Shown: piece after piece, positions 42,201-54,489 of the stretch | Position numbering within the stretch: position 1 is the first letter of the stretch | How the letters are laid out: each line of letters begins with the position of its first letter | Source of the DNA: Epiperipatus broadwayi | Taxonomy: Eukaryota > Animalia > Onychophora | Length of the DNA stretch: 64,000 bases | Assembly: GCA_028023455.1 (NCBI GenBank) | Contig: JAQFVV010000009.1 | Span: forward strand, 10,788,001-10,852,000 | Direction: 5' to 3' | Made by a program: the position numbers and the translations under genes | The notes under the pieces: model-generated | The model's input: only the letters and a program-made list of their open reading frames with translations | What the model was told of the DNA's origin: nothing | The model's database searches: none

Positions 42201-45200
42201 TACCCACCTGCTCAAATTTTAATTAATAAATAGGCATTTTTATAACATTATTACTTATTATATCAGTTTTTAGATAACACATTTTATAATAATGACTTCT
42301 GTAAATACAATGTGTACATGCAACTTAAGTGTTATTATGTAAATTAACTCTTAACTAACTATATAAGTATTAGTAATCAGTGAATATTAGTTGACAGTGT
42401 GAATTAAATCTACAGATTAATTTGTAGCTATTGGTTTTTGTCATTCATTATCAGTAAAAGAACTGATTTGCACTATACTTCAAAAGTCTTTTTTAAAAAA
42501 TTTCTTTTGTGAAATTAATAGTTTTGTTTGTTTAATCAATCAAAGCTTCTGAACCTAAGTGCCTTATTATCTGTAACTATACAAGCTGAAGCACTAGATT
42601 AGTAATTAAAATCATTAAAATATATATTATAATTTAACAGCAAGTTCTCTCAATTTTTTTGATAAATAACATATGATTTCTCTGGTTGCATTTAATCTGA
42701 TTTGATATTACATCTAAGTCATTTATGAGAGCATTCAATTAGCTTTGAGTACCAAATGCAGCACCAAATACATAAGTTTTCAATTGGATTTTTTTTTCAA
42801 TAGACAGTACTATTTTACACCATGGCTATAAGGCATTCAGTCAGCTTTTATTTAGGTTTAAAGTCTTTGGATGTTTGAAAATATTAAGCCTTTAACTTCA
42901 ATGAAATATCTATAGTACAAAAATGTGTTCTAGTGATAAAAAATAAATAGACAGAAGTTATCTTAGTAGCTTTTTGGTATTACGATCTTATATTTTTTGA
43001 TTACTTTTATGCATATTTCTCAGGAGCAGTAATATTTAAATAGTTTAATATTATCAAGTAAATATAACCTTATTTTTATGATATTAAATTTATCTTGATG
43101 TCTTAATTCAAAATGATGATGGTTAAATTTGCATTAATGTAAGTTAATAGAAAATTGATTATTATGAATTCAAGTTTGCATATTCTTATACTATTCATGT
43201 TATTCAGAGTAAATCAAGTTTTTTATATTTGTCATAATTTAAAATATTATTCAGGGCATTTTTTTGTATAATGCTTTAGTTTTATCATTACATGGAATGT
43301 TAAGAGATTGGGATTAAAGTAGGATATAATAATTGTGTTTATTACAAATTAAAGCAAAAAAAAGCATGAAAAAGAATTATCCTCATGATTTTTAATCTCT
43401 TATATGGAATCTAGGAATATATCTTTTTTAATAACTTCATCTTTTTAATCATTATTCATACCTTTTTTCATATTTTATTATAGGTATTCTCCAAGATATT
43501 ATAAATCAACTATTATATTGTTATACTTATGATATCAAATTTAAAATTTATCTTGCATTATTTTATATTTTTGCAATATGTAAATCATCTCCTATTCTTT
43601 ACAACATTTTATTTTTAATTGTAGATAATAAAAAGTTTTTTTTAATGAAAGTAGTATTAGGATTAGCGACAGTTCTCTTATTATACTGCAATATGTTCTA
43701 AGTTTGAGTAATCAATGATTTTAGATAATACTGAATTTAAATTCTTTTCACAACCAATTTTCTGGCATTTTGTTTTTATCACTCAACATTTGGCATTCAC
43801 ACTAGACTTAATGAAGCTATGCATTTAGAAACCACTTATAACTCTTATTTTATTAATACACTAGCATAAAATAAAAGAAAAATAATATAAACCAACCTAC
43901 TTGAACAATTACATAGCTTTGATTTCAGCTTAGTAACTATATACTTAATCTACAGCTAGAAATAACTGAGATTAGTAAAGTATATAGTTACTGAGCTGGG
44001 ATTAGATCTAAGTTACTATTCAAATAGGTTTTCTTACATTTTAAATATTAATCTCAGTTATTTTCTAATTGCAGGTAGCTTTTTTTTTTAGCCAGAAATG
44101 GCAATGCTGTGTAAAACATAAATTAATTCTTTAGCTTACTATAATAAAAATTATAAGCAATAGGAACTCTCTACTGTAACACCATCTATTGTAAGTTTGA
44201 GAAATCAGTGATTATCAGATGCTAGTCGATTTAAATCTCTCACAACATTTACCTGCTTTTGTTTTTATTGGTATAAACTCTCAGACTATTTTCTGGCTTT
44301 TGCTTTCATTGCTGTGGGCTTGGAATTCAAAGCTGAAACTCATTGATAAAGCCAAAATCAAGAAATCATATGCTAGCATCTGATTACACAAGCTTACAAT
44401 AGATGATGATAGAGTAATGAAGTGGTTTTGTTTATAATGTATAGTAGTAAGCTAAAGAATTAAGTAATATTTTTTTATTGTTTTATCATTCCTGGTTAAG
44501 AAAAAAAGGAGCCTATAGATAAAAAAGAATTGAGCTTGCTAAAATATAGTTATTGATTTGCAACAACATCTATAATATTCTAGTATATTGTTTTGACATT
44601 TTTTGAATATCAGGCTTTTAGCTTGGTAACAAAAGAGGAGTTAAATATGTTTACTAAGTGAATAATTACTGCATTACTTTCAGCTTCAAATTCTGAGTCC
44701 TAATTGATGTAAAAAAAAGTTAGATATGATCTGATGACGATAATGTGATAATTTCAAATTTCTCAAGCTAACAGTAGAAGAGTTCTAGAGCAGAGAAATG
44801 CTGTAAGTTATAACATATTGTAATAAGCAAAAACATTAATAGTTGTTAGTACTGGAGTAGTGTGGCAGTGATAAGTTAATTTTCTGATAGAGTAACATAT
44901 TAATAAACAAAATTTTTTAAATTTAAATTCCAACTGAAATTTTATTCAAGTAATATAGAATTGAGGCTCTGTAACTTCTTAATGGGACCATCAGCAGTCT
45001 AATTGTTTTAAGATGAGCAAATTGACCAGTGTTATCTCTTAAATAAGAAAATAATGTAATGGAAAGCCGTATTATTCTTAATTGGTCTCACAATTAAATG
45101 ACATTGTTGGGGTAGAACATCGTAAAAACGTGAGCATTTACAGAATCCATTTAGTGCTGCTTATAAGAATACTTATATTTATTTCATTAATTAACATTAA

Positions 45201-45639
45201 GAAGATCCATCTAAAATATAGAAGTAGTGATAAAGACTAACCAAAAATTATGTGAATTAAAAAAGAGGCTTTTTTTTGTGTGTGTGTAATTTTATTTTCT
45301 CTTACTAATTTTAGAAGTTATATAATTTCTTAAAGTAATAATTATTTCTTGATGGGAATTTAAACATCTGCCTTAAAATTTATCTTATGTTGAAATAATG
45401 TAACCATATTAATAATTTAAGAAAAACAAATTTTAAAAGTTTTCTCATTTTATTGCAGAAAAGGAATGTTTTATTTCTATACTGTCAAAGAAGTGGTTTA
45501 TAACAGTTCTTGGGGGAAGGGGGGCACTCAAATTTGTTAAAATCGTAACTGTAATATTTAACTTAATTTGAAATTAGTATAAGAAGAATCAAAAACTATT
45601 TTTAAGATATATAATTATTAAATAAAAAATGATTTACTG

Positions 45640-46230
45640 GTGAAATAGCATAGTGGTGATTCAATTTCTGATTGGCCATTTAAGATAACTTGTTAAGAGT
45701 AATCTAAACTATCAATAGCAATATCAGCGAAGTTATTAATGAATTATTGGGAAAATGTATGCTCATAAAAAAGAATAGAGATTATTTTTAAAAAAGCTTA
45801 GGATTTATTGAAAATCAGATTATAACGAACTCAGCCAATTTGGACTGGTAGCTGGAGAGGATAAATTTACAAATAATATGAATAAGTCAAGTTAATGATT
45901 TGTTAAGATAAGATGAAAATAGTAACCATAGTTACAGTGCTTATAGGTTTAAAACCCTACTCCATTAATAGCAAAGATTGCACTATGTTGAATAGTTTAC
46001 ACTAAGTACATTGATATATTCATCTGACCAACCCAGATTATCCTGAACCCTTTAGCTAAAAATAATTAGATCTTATTTGCTCTATTAAAGGACTAATTGA
46101 GTTAGCTATTGATTATCCATCTAAAAATATCCGTAAAGCTGTGTTAACTATAATAAATAACTTGTAGCTTGATGTACTTTTCTCTTCAGATAAAAAAGTT
46201 GTCTTACATCTGATGAGCTCAATACTACCT
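45640..46230 (+). pseudogene. Intronless decayed coding relic, possibly glomulin-like
   Basis: KGLIELAIDYPSKNIRKAVLTII resembles my recollection of glomulin QGLVKVMTLCPIETLRKKSLAML. Several in-frame stops. Not verified by any search. Confidence 0.3.
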
Positions 46231-46573
46231 TTTTTTTTTTACAATGAGAAATTCCTAAATAACCAATAATTATAAGCAAAAATATTTGTCTTTTAATTTA
46301 TTTTGTCTCATTTGAATCATATAATGCTTTTATTGTTTGTGTACATTTTGATTTGTTTTAACTGTATATATATATATATAAAGGTCATAATTTTATGAAA
46401 TTAAAATATGGATCATTAACATAGGGATCATTGAATAGCTATAATCATAATTAAAATCAGGGTGTTCATGTTTTGCTTGGGTGGTTAATGGTGTTTTAGG
46501 ATAGTGGCAATGGGTGGTAAGCTTTGGATGATAATAGTTATCATATAAGAATATATATTAGACTTAGATAAAG

Positions 46574-48375
46574 ATGGGTAATGTAAATGAAGTCCCAAGT
46601 GGTGCTTATCTTAGTTTGCAAGACTTCCTAAAGTATATGGATAAATTTACAGCTGATTTAAAAGCCAATTCTGAAAAATTGGAAGCTAATTTCCAAAAAT
46701 TGGAAGCTAATTCCCAAAAATTAAAAGCTATTTCCCAAGAATTGAGAGCTGATTTAAAAGCCAAATTCTGAAAAATTGGAAGCTAATTCCCAAAAATTGG
46801 AAGCTAATTCCCAAAAATTAAAAGCTATTTCCCAAGAATTGAGAGCTGATTTAAAAGCCAATTCTGAAAAATTGGAGGCTAAATTGGAAGCTAATTCCCA
46901 AAAATTGGAAGCTAGTGCCCAAGAATTAAAAGCTGATGCTGATGAAAGGAAATTAGGTTGAAAGTTGAAATAAAGACTAACATTGATGAATTGAAAGCTT
47001 ATTCTGAAAAGGTAGTGATAAGTTTTTTTTTAGATAAAAGTCATCCTTGTAATTCTGAGATTAAAGATAGTCAGGATGAAAAAAATAGTGATGAATCCTC
47101 TTTAGATAAAAGTCAACCTTGTTTGACTGGTATTTATAAAACAAATAGCCTTTGCATAGAAATAGGTAATTTAGGAGTTCAGTGGTGTTATTGCTATGAA
47201 ACACATAGTCATCAATATAAGAACTATAATGATAGAGAAGTGTTTGGAATTAATCAAAACACAAGATTGCTTCCTGAAAGTAGGTTTTGTGAGAAAAGTA
47301 TGGAAAATTTTTTTATGAAGAAAGTGTCATGATAGGTAAAAAAATATTTTAACAAGTTGTTTTTGTACAACAGTTTTTAAAGTAATAGTCAAAGTTTTGA
47401 TCATCAGTTTTTTAAAAGGAATCTTTGTAGGAGGTTTATGAATCATGTGTACACATATAACATGGATGCAAGAGATTATTACTATTGTAACAAACCACTT
47501 GAAAGGCAAAACTTAATACATATATGTAATTCTTATCAATCTATAGTCAATGATGGTAGAGGTCATACAAGGTGTTTGGTATATAATAACATAAGTGTTG
47601 AATTCAAGAAATTTTGTCTGGATATGACAAATTATATTAATTATGAGACTTTATCTTATAAAGAACAGTGTCATGGTAATTTTGTGTGGTACCAAGAAAG
47701 TATATTTTTTAGGTAGATTAGAGAATGAATATTTGAATGGGAATTTGTACCATTGTTGCAATAGAAATAACTTATTTTATAAGTATCCTAGCAGGACAAA
47801 GATGGTAAGAAATACAGCATTGAAGTTTGAGTGGAATAAGAAGGTAGAAAAACCTAAAGAGAATTTTTTTTATGAAAATTGTAATAGAGGGATGACAGTA
47901 GGCAAAGCTAAAGTAAAGTTGAAAATAATTAAAGATTTAACATTTGATAATTGTCTTATAAAAATGATTAGTGTAGAAAGAGAGTTTGGAAAAGTGAAGA
48001 TCAGACTTGAAATGCCAGAAGATGATGTAATTAAAATAGATTTTCTTCAAGAAAATATTAATAAGGGGAGTGACTTAGGTAAAGCTAAAGTTAAACTCAA
48101 AGAAGGAAATAAGAGATTATTTAATGTGGATGTTCTTAGGAAATGATTGTCAAAGAGATTTATGATAGTAAGACTAAGTTTAAGTTTAAGATGTTAAAGG
48201 AAAAGATATTTGATGTGCATTTTCATAGGGAAAGTCTTGATGAGGCAAAAGATATTGGAAAAGAATATTCCTCGATGATTGAAGAAATTATATAGGAATA
48301 AATAAATAGTTGTTTCTACTCTCATATTTATAGTTGTTCATATGCAAAGACATTTTTTTATTACCAGGGGAATAA
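46574..48375 (+). mobile_element. Frameshifted gag-like ORF relic of a probable LTR retrotransposon, ending in a PPT-like tract
   Basis: Coiled-coil repeats (LEANSQK)n in 96-bp higher-order units starting at 46652, 46748 and 46845. A +1 A near 46763 breaks the frame. Further ORF fragments run to 48146. aggggaataa|TGTAAG at 48366-48381 resembles a PPT/LTR junction. No pol motifs were found. Confidence 0.45.
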
Positions 48376-50005
48376 TGTAAGAGATGGAAAATCCACCCTT
48401 TCATTTTGAAGTGCCAGTATAGTTTTAAAAAATCTCTTTGATTTAGTTTTACTTAAGAATTTGTAAATAGGTTGTTATTGTTATTAAGTTCATGTTTATT
48501 TATTTATTGTGATATGTGCTTTGTTTTACGATGATGAAATTTTAATAGCAATGAATATATATATATAAATTCATGAGTGTGTGTATAAAAAAATAATTAT
48601 TAACAGTAGCATTTAAATTGCTAATTATGATTACATTGTACTTTTATTTTTTTTTTGAAATTATAAAAGATGTAACAATATTATTCTGGTTGTTTATTTA
48701 TTCATTTGATTTGTAAATTATAACATAAATTTTTCAATGTAATGTATATGTATTTTTTTATTGACATTATTTTTTGTTTTGTTATTTAAAAAAATATTTT
48801 AAAATCAATAAACAATAGTGTTAAAGATTTTTCAATCTGCAAGTGAATTACAATAGGCCAAAAGATTACTATGGAAACCCAGAACATAATCGTCATTATT
48901 ATTATTATTATTAAAAAACAAAAAAAAAAGAAGTCATAGCTTTATTTTTCTGAACTACAAATTACTTTTTTGGATGTTAATCTAATAATTACTGGATCAA
49001 GATTTAACACTAGAATGGCTGGCTGATTACATCTTATTATCCAAGAGGCAAATCTGCCTCTCCTCTGCCTAACTTATTTCACCATTGGAATCTAATAGAA
49101 TATGTAGCATGAAATTAAACCTGCATTCATAAATAGATTTCAGGAAATAGCTATTTATATATTTTGTTTTAACTTCAATTTTCTTTAATAATCCAGAGTA
49201 ATAGCTAAATTTAATTATTTGTACAATTGAATATCAAGAAAATGATTGGAATCAATTGTTCTAACAACAAGAAAAAAAAATCTATCAATTCATTAATAAT
49301 ATGTATACATATTTTAAAGTCACTTCGAGCTACTCTGGGATGAATAAAATAAAAGAAAACACTTGAAATAGTTGGTTGATTGGACAATGAAGAGACATTA
49401 AAAGAAATTAAATGGTAATTAAAATTTGTCTTATTTTTTTTGTTTTATATGTTTATTATTATTTTTTTTATACAACATTTAAAATAGATCTTTATCAAAG
49501 TGTATGCAATTGTAATATTTCAAAACTATCCTATACGTTTGTTTTTGAATGTTAAAATCTTAATAATAATGAAAGTCAATTTTTTTTAATATATATATTT
49601 GTTTATTTATTTTAAAGACATTTTATATTTTAAATTGTGAATATGTTGTTAAATGCCAAGGTAAAATTAGTGATTGTAATAATAAATAAATATATTTTTT
49701 ATAGTATTTGATTCACATTTACATACATATATAATAAATAATAAATGTTATGTGTCAATTTAGATTAGAAAGCAATAAATTACATTTAATTTCATAGGAG
49801 TTTTATAAATATATAAATTTTTATAGAATCATATTTACAAATTATATCATTATTTAATAATTATCTTAATTCTTCAATTATTTTAATTGTATTAATATTA
49901 GATGTATTTTGAAAGGATTGGATTAATTTATAGTATTAAATATGGAAGTGATATACATTAATACCTCACAGTTGTATTTGAAAGTTTCTTGATATATATA
50001 TATAT

Positions 50006-51365
50006 TGTAACGTTTTCCATTTTGATAGGCCTCTACACGCTAATATAAACTCCGCGTGAGTTGATCAAGCTATGTCAAAAAAGAAGAAAGTTATATTTCT
50101 ATTCTAAAAACATAGCTATATTTCCTGATCAACTCGGCCTATTAATTGTTGAGAATTGTGCTATTGACGAAATCAGCTTTTAATTTATTTAATCTGGGCG
50201 CCAGAATTCCTAAGAATTCGCTGAAATCGTCATATAACATCTCACAAATAAAAAAAAATACTTTTAAACTAATCGGTATTACATCATACCATAACGAGAA
50301 TTAATTTTTTAAGATTATTATTCCTGGGCTTATTCAAACATATTGGCAAAGGTAAATTACATTTTTAAATCTTATTAAACTACTAATAGATTTAATAATA
50401 AAAAATAATAACTATTATTAATAATGCACAAATGAAAATTGGTATTAGAAATATTTTTATTCTAATAGACTAAAAAAATATTTGAAATAAATTACTTAGA
50501 GAGAACACAACTCAGACGTGAATCAATTAATAAAAAACAATTTTACAATTACTGTTCATATCTAAATTTCTTCTAGAAATTTCCTTAAAAAAATTGAATG
50601 TCTCTTGTACAAGAAAATTAATGTCTCTATCGGGATTGTTTAAACATACTTTTAGAAATTGTTTGAAAACGTTTAATTTGGTCACAATCAGGAGTAATGA
50701 AGTATAACTTACCAGTAAGTTTTGTGCATTCAGTAGTAGATAACTATGCATAGTTTTTTTGGGTAGAATGAGCTTGGCCTTTTGGTTATTATTTGATCCT
50801 GTGGTCCATTCTCCTAGTCGGTCACGAAAGCTTTTCTGGTATACATCTTCAGGCATGATGTCATCAGAGGCTCCGGTTCACTCCGACATGCCGAATTACT
50901 TCAGCGTAGAGTGATCTTGGATATATTATTGCTATCCAAGACCAACTAGAGAAACCAACGAACAAGATGTCCTTCAAACTGATCTCTGCCTTTTATACTC
51001 TCTAGAGGCCCAGTTTTCCGACTTCTGCACATATCTTTTGTTTGTCAAAATATCCATTGATAATCTTATATATTCTTTATAAAATTTATGTTACAAAGTC
51101 TCTATTTTTTTCAGCATAATTCTGCCATCTTTAATTAGTTGAAATATTTTTACTTTCTCTTATCTAGATTGGTAATTTGTGTCTTTTGTTCTCTCCAATT
51201 CTAACTTTTATTTCTAATTACATAAAAAAAACCCGAAAGAATAATTTAACTTTCATTGTACGTTATTTTTTTTAAAAAAAATTAGTCAAAAAAAAAATCT
51301 AAATTTACTTTTTTAGCTTTTACCAAATGCCAATATATTTGTAACGTATATAAATAAACGTTACA
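50006..51365 (-). mobile_element. Probable solo LTR (1360 bp) inserted in a (TA)n tract
   Basis: Ends TGTAACGTTT and AAACGTTACA (TG...CA, 10-bp inverted). ATAT flanks both sides. A minus-strand TATAAAA lies at 50997-50991. CpGs are retained. Confidence 0.7.
50527..50856 (-). CDS. 109-aa ORF inside the putative LTR, function unknown, may be fortuitous
   Basis: Open frame with ATG ~135 nt downstream of the TATA motif. No recognisable domain. Confidence 0.25.
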   Translation of the reverse strand: MPEDVYQKSFRDRLGEWTTGSNNNQKAKLILPKKTMHSYLLLNAQNLLVSYTSLLLIVTKLNVFKQFLKVCLNNPDRDINFLVQETFNFFKEISRRNLDMNSNCKIVFY

Positions 51366-52522
51366 ATATATATATATATATATATGTTTTGCTTATACAT
51401 GAGGCTCAGATAAAATAATATTTTTATATATTGTGCTAGGTTTAATAAACCCTAAGTTAATAAAGTTATGGAATAAATGTTGAACTTTACAGGCGAGGAT
51501 AAGCCTTATATTAATAAGAAAACTCAAGTAGTTGATGCCTCAATTTATTAAAAAGCTCAGGTAGTTGATGTAGCTAATAAACAAGAAGCCCAAGTAGTTG
51601 ATGTTCCTTAGAAAAGATATGGTTTAGAATAAAGTGAATAAATCCTTATAGCATAGTGGGAAGAAACTCTTGATATCGTCTTCTGTATTATTTTGTTTGT
51701 TGATCCAACCTTAAAGAAATACATCTATAACCTAAATTATTAATTTAACAAGATATCTACAATTTATTTATTTATTTGTCTATTGATTTAATTTCATAAA
51801 AGCTTTATACAATTCCTATGTAAAATATAAACTGCAAGTTATCTGTATTGTCAGTAAATATTGTATTTGATTTATATTTAAAAAAATAGAACATTTGAAA
51901 AACAAAAGTTTTATGTTTTCCATTTCCATATATATATTTGTGCTATTATAAAAATATAAAATCACAATCTTGGAATAAAGCTTATATCATTTGTTTTATA
52001 TAAAAGAATGACTTTGAGTTTTTATTTGAAATTTATTATTATCTAATATTTTTTTCCCTTTTTCTTTTAGTACATCAGTTATTAATTTTGACAAGTTCAT
52101 TCATTTGACTAAATGATAATCATTTGTTAGTAGATTATTTTCACAAGCTATCAGTAATGGAAATATTAAATTACGTGTAATCTTATTTGTGAATATATAT
52201 TTTGGATTCAATAAAATTCCCTTTGTTCCAATTTATATTTAATATAATCAAATTGTTAGTTAAGTTAACCCTGAGAATTAATCAGTAATATGCCTTAGTC
52301 AATGCTCTGTACTATTTAGGTTTATTTTGTATAGCTAGCCACAGTAACAGTATAAGTATCACATGATCACTATCTCATACTAGCACAATAATTGTTATTA
52401 AACAATCCAAAACAAAGCAAAACTCTCCATATAGTAGTGCCACCTTGTGCTAACAAGAGCAATCAGTGGATGCCAGAAGGCTTGTGCATAAAATCCCTAT
52501 CTAGTACCTACTCATCCAATAT

Positions 52523-52562
52523 CCTCAGACTAGTTTCTGGCTTGTGGCCTTCATCAGTGAGG
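52523..52562 (-). ncRNA. Type I hammerhead ribozyme, family A, unit 1
   Basis: The minus strand reads cctca CTGATGA a-ggc-cacaa-gcc-a GAAA ctag TC tgagg. Predicted cleavage is between 52528 and 52527. Confidence 0.88.
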
Positions 52563-52988
52563 AGCCTTGGATCTGAGAGCACTGCACCTAGATCTTAGGA
52601 TCTAATGCAACCCTCCAGCACCCACCTTTTAACTCTATTTAACTACAAAACTATGAGAATGAAATTGAAAACACTATTAATATTTTCAATGCAAGCTCAA
52701 CAGCTTATATAGTCATATGGGTCTGAACTCAATTCAGTACCCATACATTTTGGTGTCTTTGGCTTTTTAACAACCATAGCCACCACTATCCTATTAGGCA
52801 GGATTGGTGTTAAACCACAAAACATCACATGATCACTATCTCATACTAGCACAATAATTGTTATTAAACAATCCAAAACAAAGCAAAACTCTCCATATAG
52901 TAGTGCCACCTTGTGCTAACAAGAGCAATCAATGTATGCCAGAAGGCTTGTGCATAAAATCCCTATCTAGTGCCTACTCATCCAATAT

Positions 52989-53028
52989 CCTCAGACTAGT
53001 TTCTGGCTTGTGGCCTTCATCAGTGAGG
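52989..53028 (-). ncRNA. Type I hammerhead ribozyme, family A, unit 2
   Basis: Identical motif 466 nt from unit 1. Predicted cleavage is between 52994 and 52993. Confidence 0.88.
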
Positions 53029-53467
53029 AGCCTTGGATCTGAGAGCACTGCACCTAGATCTTAGGATCTAATGCAACCCTCCAGCACCCACCTTTTAACT
53101 CTATTTAACTACAAAACTATGAGAATGAAATTGAAAACACTATTAATATTTTCAATGCAAGCTCAACAGCTTATATAGTCATATGGGTCTGAACTCAATT
53201 CAGTACCCATACATTTTGGTGTCTTTGGCTTTTTAACAACCATAGCCACCACTATTCTATTAAAAAGCCAAAGACACCAAAATGTATGGGTACTGAATTG
53301 AGTTCAGACCCATATGACTATATAAGCTGTTGAGCTTGCATTGAAAATATTAATAGTGTTTTCAATTTCATTCTCATAGTTTTGTAGTTAAATAGAGTTA
53401 AAAGGTGGGTGCTGGAGGGTTGCATTAGATCCTAAGATCTAGGTGCAGTGCTCTCAGATCCAAGGCT

Positions 53468-53507
53468 CCTCACTGATGAAGGCCACAAGCCAGAAACTAG
53501 TCTGAGG
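53468..53507 (+). ncRNA. Type I hammerhead ribozyme, family A, inverted copy
   Basis: cctca CTGATGA aggccacaagcca GAAA ctag TC tgagg. Stem I extends as atccaa-ggc-tcctca / tgagga-ta-ttggat. Predicted cleavage is after 53502. Confidence 0.88.
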
Positions 53508-54082
53508 ATATTGGATGAGTAGGCACTAGATAGGGATTTTATGCACAAGCCTTCTGGCATCCATTGATTGCTCTTGTTAGCACAAGGTGGCACTACTATA
53601 TGGAGAGTTTTGCTTTGTTTTGGATTGTTTAAAAACAGTATAAGTAATGATTAGAATACATTCAGTCATGAGTAATATATATTTTTTATAGTATAGGTCA
53701 TTTATTATCTGTAAATTTATAAATTAGTTATTTGTTCAAATCAATTAGACATTACAACCTGATTTATTGCAACTCATACTCAATGGCTGGAATTAGTATA
53801 TTTTATTGTATTCATTTTAGGGCAATTTATTTTATCTTGACACATATATGGCATGCTATTATGCATACTATTACATTTATTATATGTATCATATTTATAT
53901 TAATTTTAATGATGGAAGCTATGTCATTTCTTCATATGATGCCATTATATGTACTATTACAATTGGCTTTTCCAATGATTGTGACCATTTCAATTGTTAA
54001 GACCTTTCTTTATATGTATATATGGAATACCATTACTATATATATATATATATATATATATAGTATATATATATATAGTATA

Positions 54083-54094
54083 TCAACAAGAGAA

Positions 54095-54132
<38 letters not shown>

Positions 54133-54145
54133 GTTCTCTTGTTGA
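54083..54145. repeat. 16-bp perfect inverted repeat enclosing (TA)n
   Basis: tcaacaagagaactta at 54083-54098 and taagttctcttgttga at 54130-54145. Confidence 0.9.
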
Positions 54146-54489
54146 AGGTAGGTTGAAGTTATAGGTAACAGATTATTACAATTAAATGATAATACTTGAA
54201 TATCCCTGGTAGTAACTTGCTCATCATGGCAGCTTCCTTAATTTGTTCTAGCATCTTATTCTTAATTTCAATTATTGATTATAGAACTCATATCCCACTC
54301 ACATGACATGAAAAAAACATTAATCTTATCATTAGTTTTTTTATTCTTTTAATTACAAATAATCATAATCAGCATCAATCATTATATGTTTTTTATTTTA
54401 AAAAATCTAAAAATAAGAAATCATTCCTCAAAATGTTATTTTATTTTATTATTTTTCAATTCAAATTGTACAGCAACAAGCATGAATGA

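Larger units (their letters stand above)
52359..53633. mobile_element. Young retrozyme-like insertion (HHR family A): ~1.9 tandem 466-bp units plus an inverted partial unit, 13-bp TSD
   Basis: Units start at 52358 and 52824 (period 466). The inverted copy spans 53260-53632. AACAGTATAAGTA lies at 52346-52358 and 53634-53646. Only a few substitutions separate the three copies. Confidence 0.92.

Noticed and set aside
41895-46230. Isolated CTGATGA matches at ~41920 (-), ~44731 (+) and ~46210 (+)
   Set aside because: None has a properly spaced GAAA or closing helices.
46652-46930. Regular short repeats resembling a CRISPR array
   Set aside because: They are in-frame coding repeats without unique spacers, in a eukaryotic context with no cas genes.
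50820-50875. HHR-like CTGATGA...GAAA on the minus strand inside the LTR
   Set aside because: There is a 7-nt insertion between stem II and GAAA, and no stem I.
52392-53064. Duplicated 68-aa ORFs (52392-52598 and 52858-53064)
   Set aside because: They are antisense to the ribozyme strand, start at TTG and show no domain. The frame is disrupted by indels in the 25.6-kb copy.
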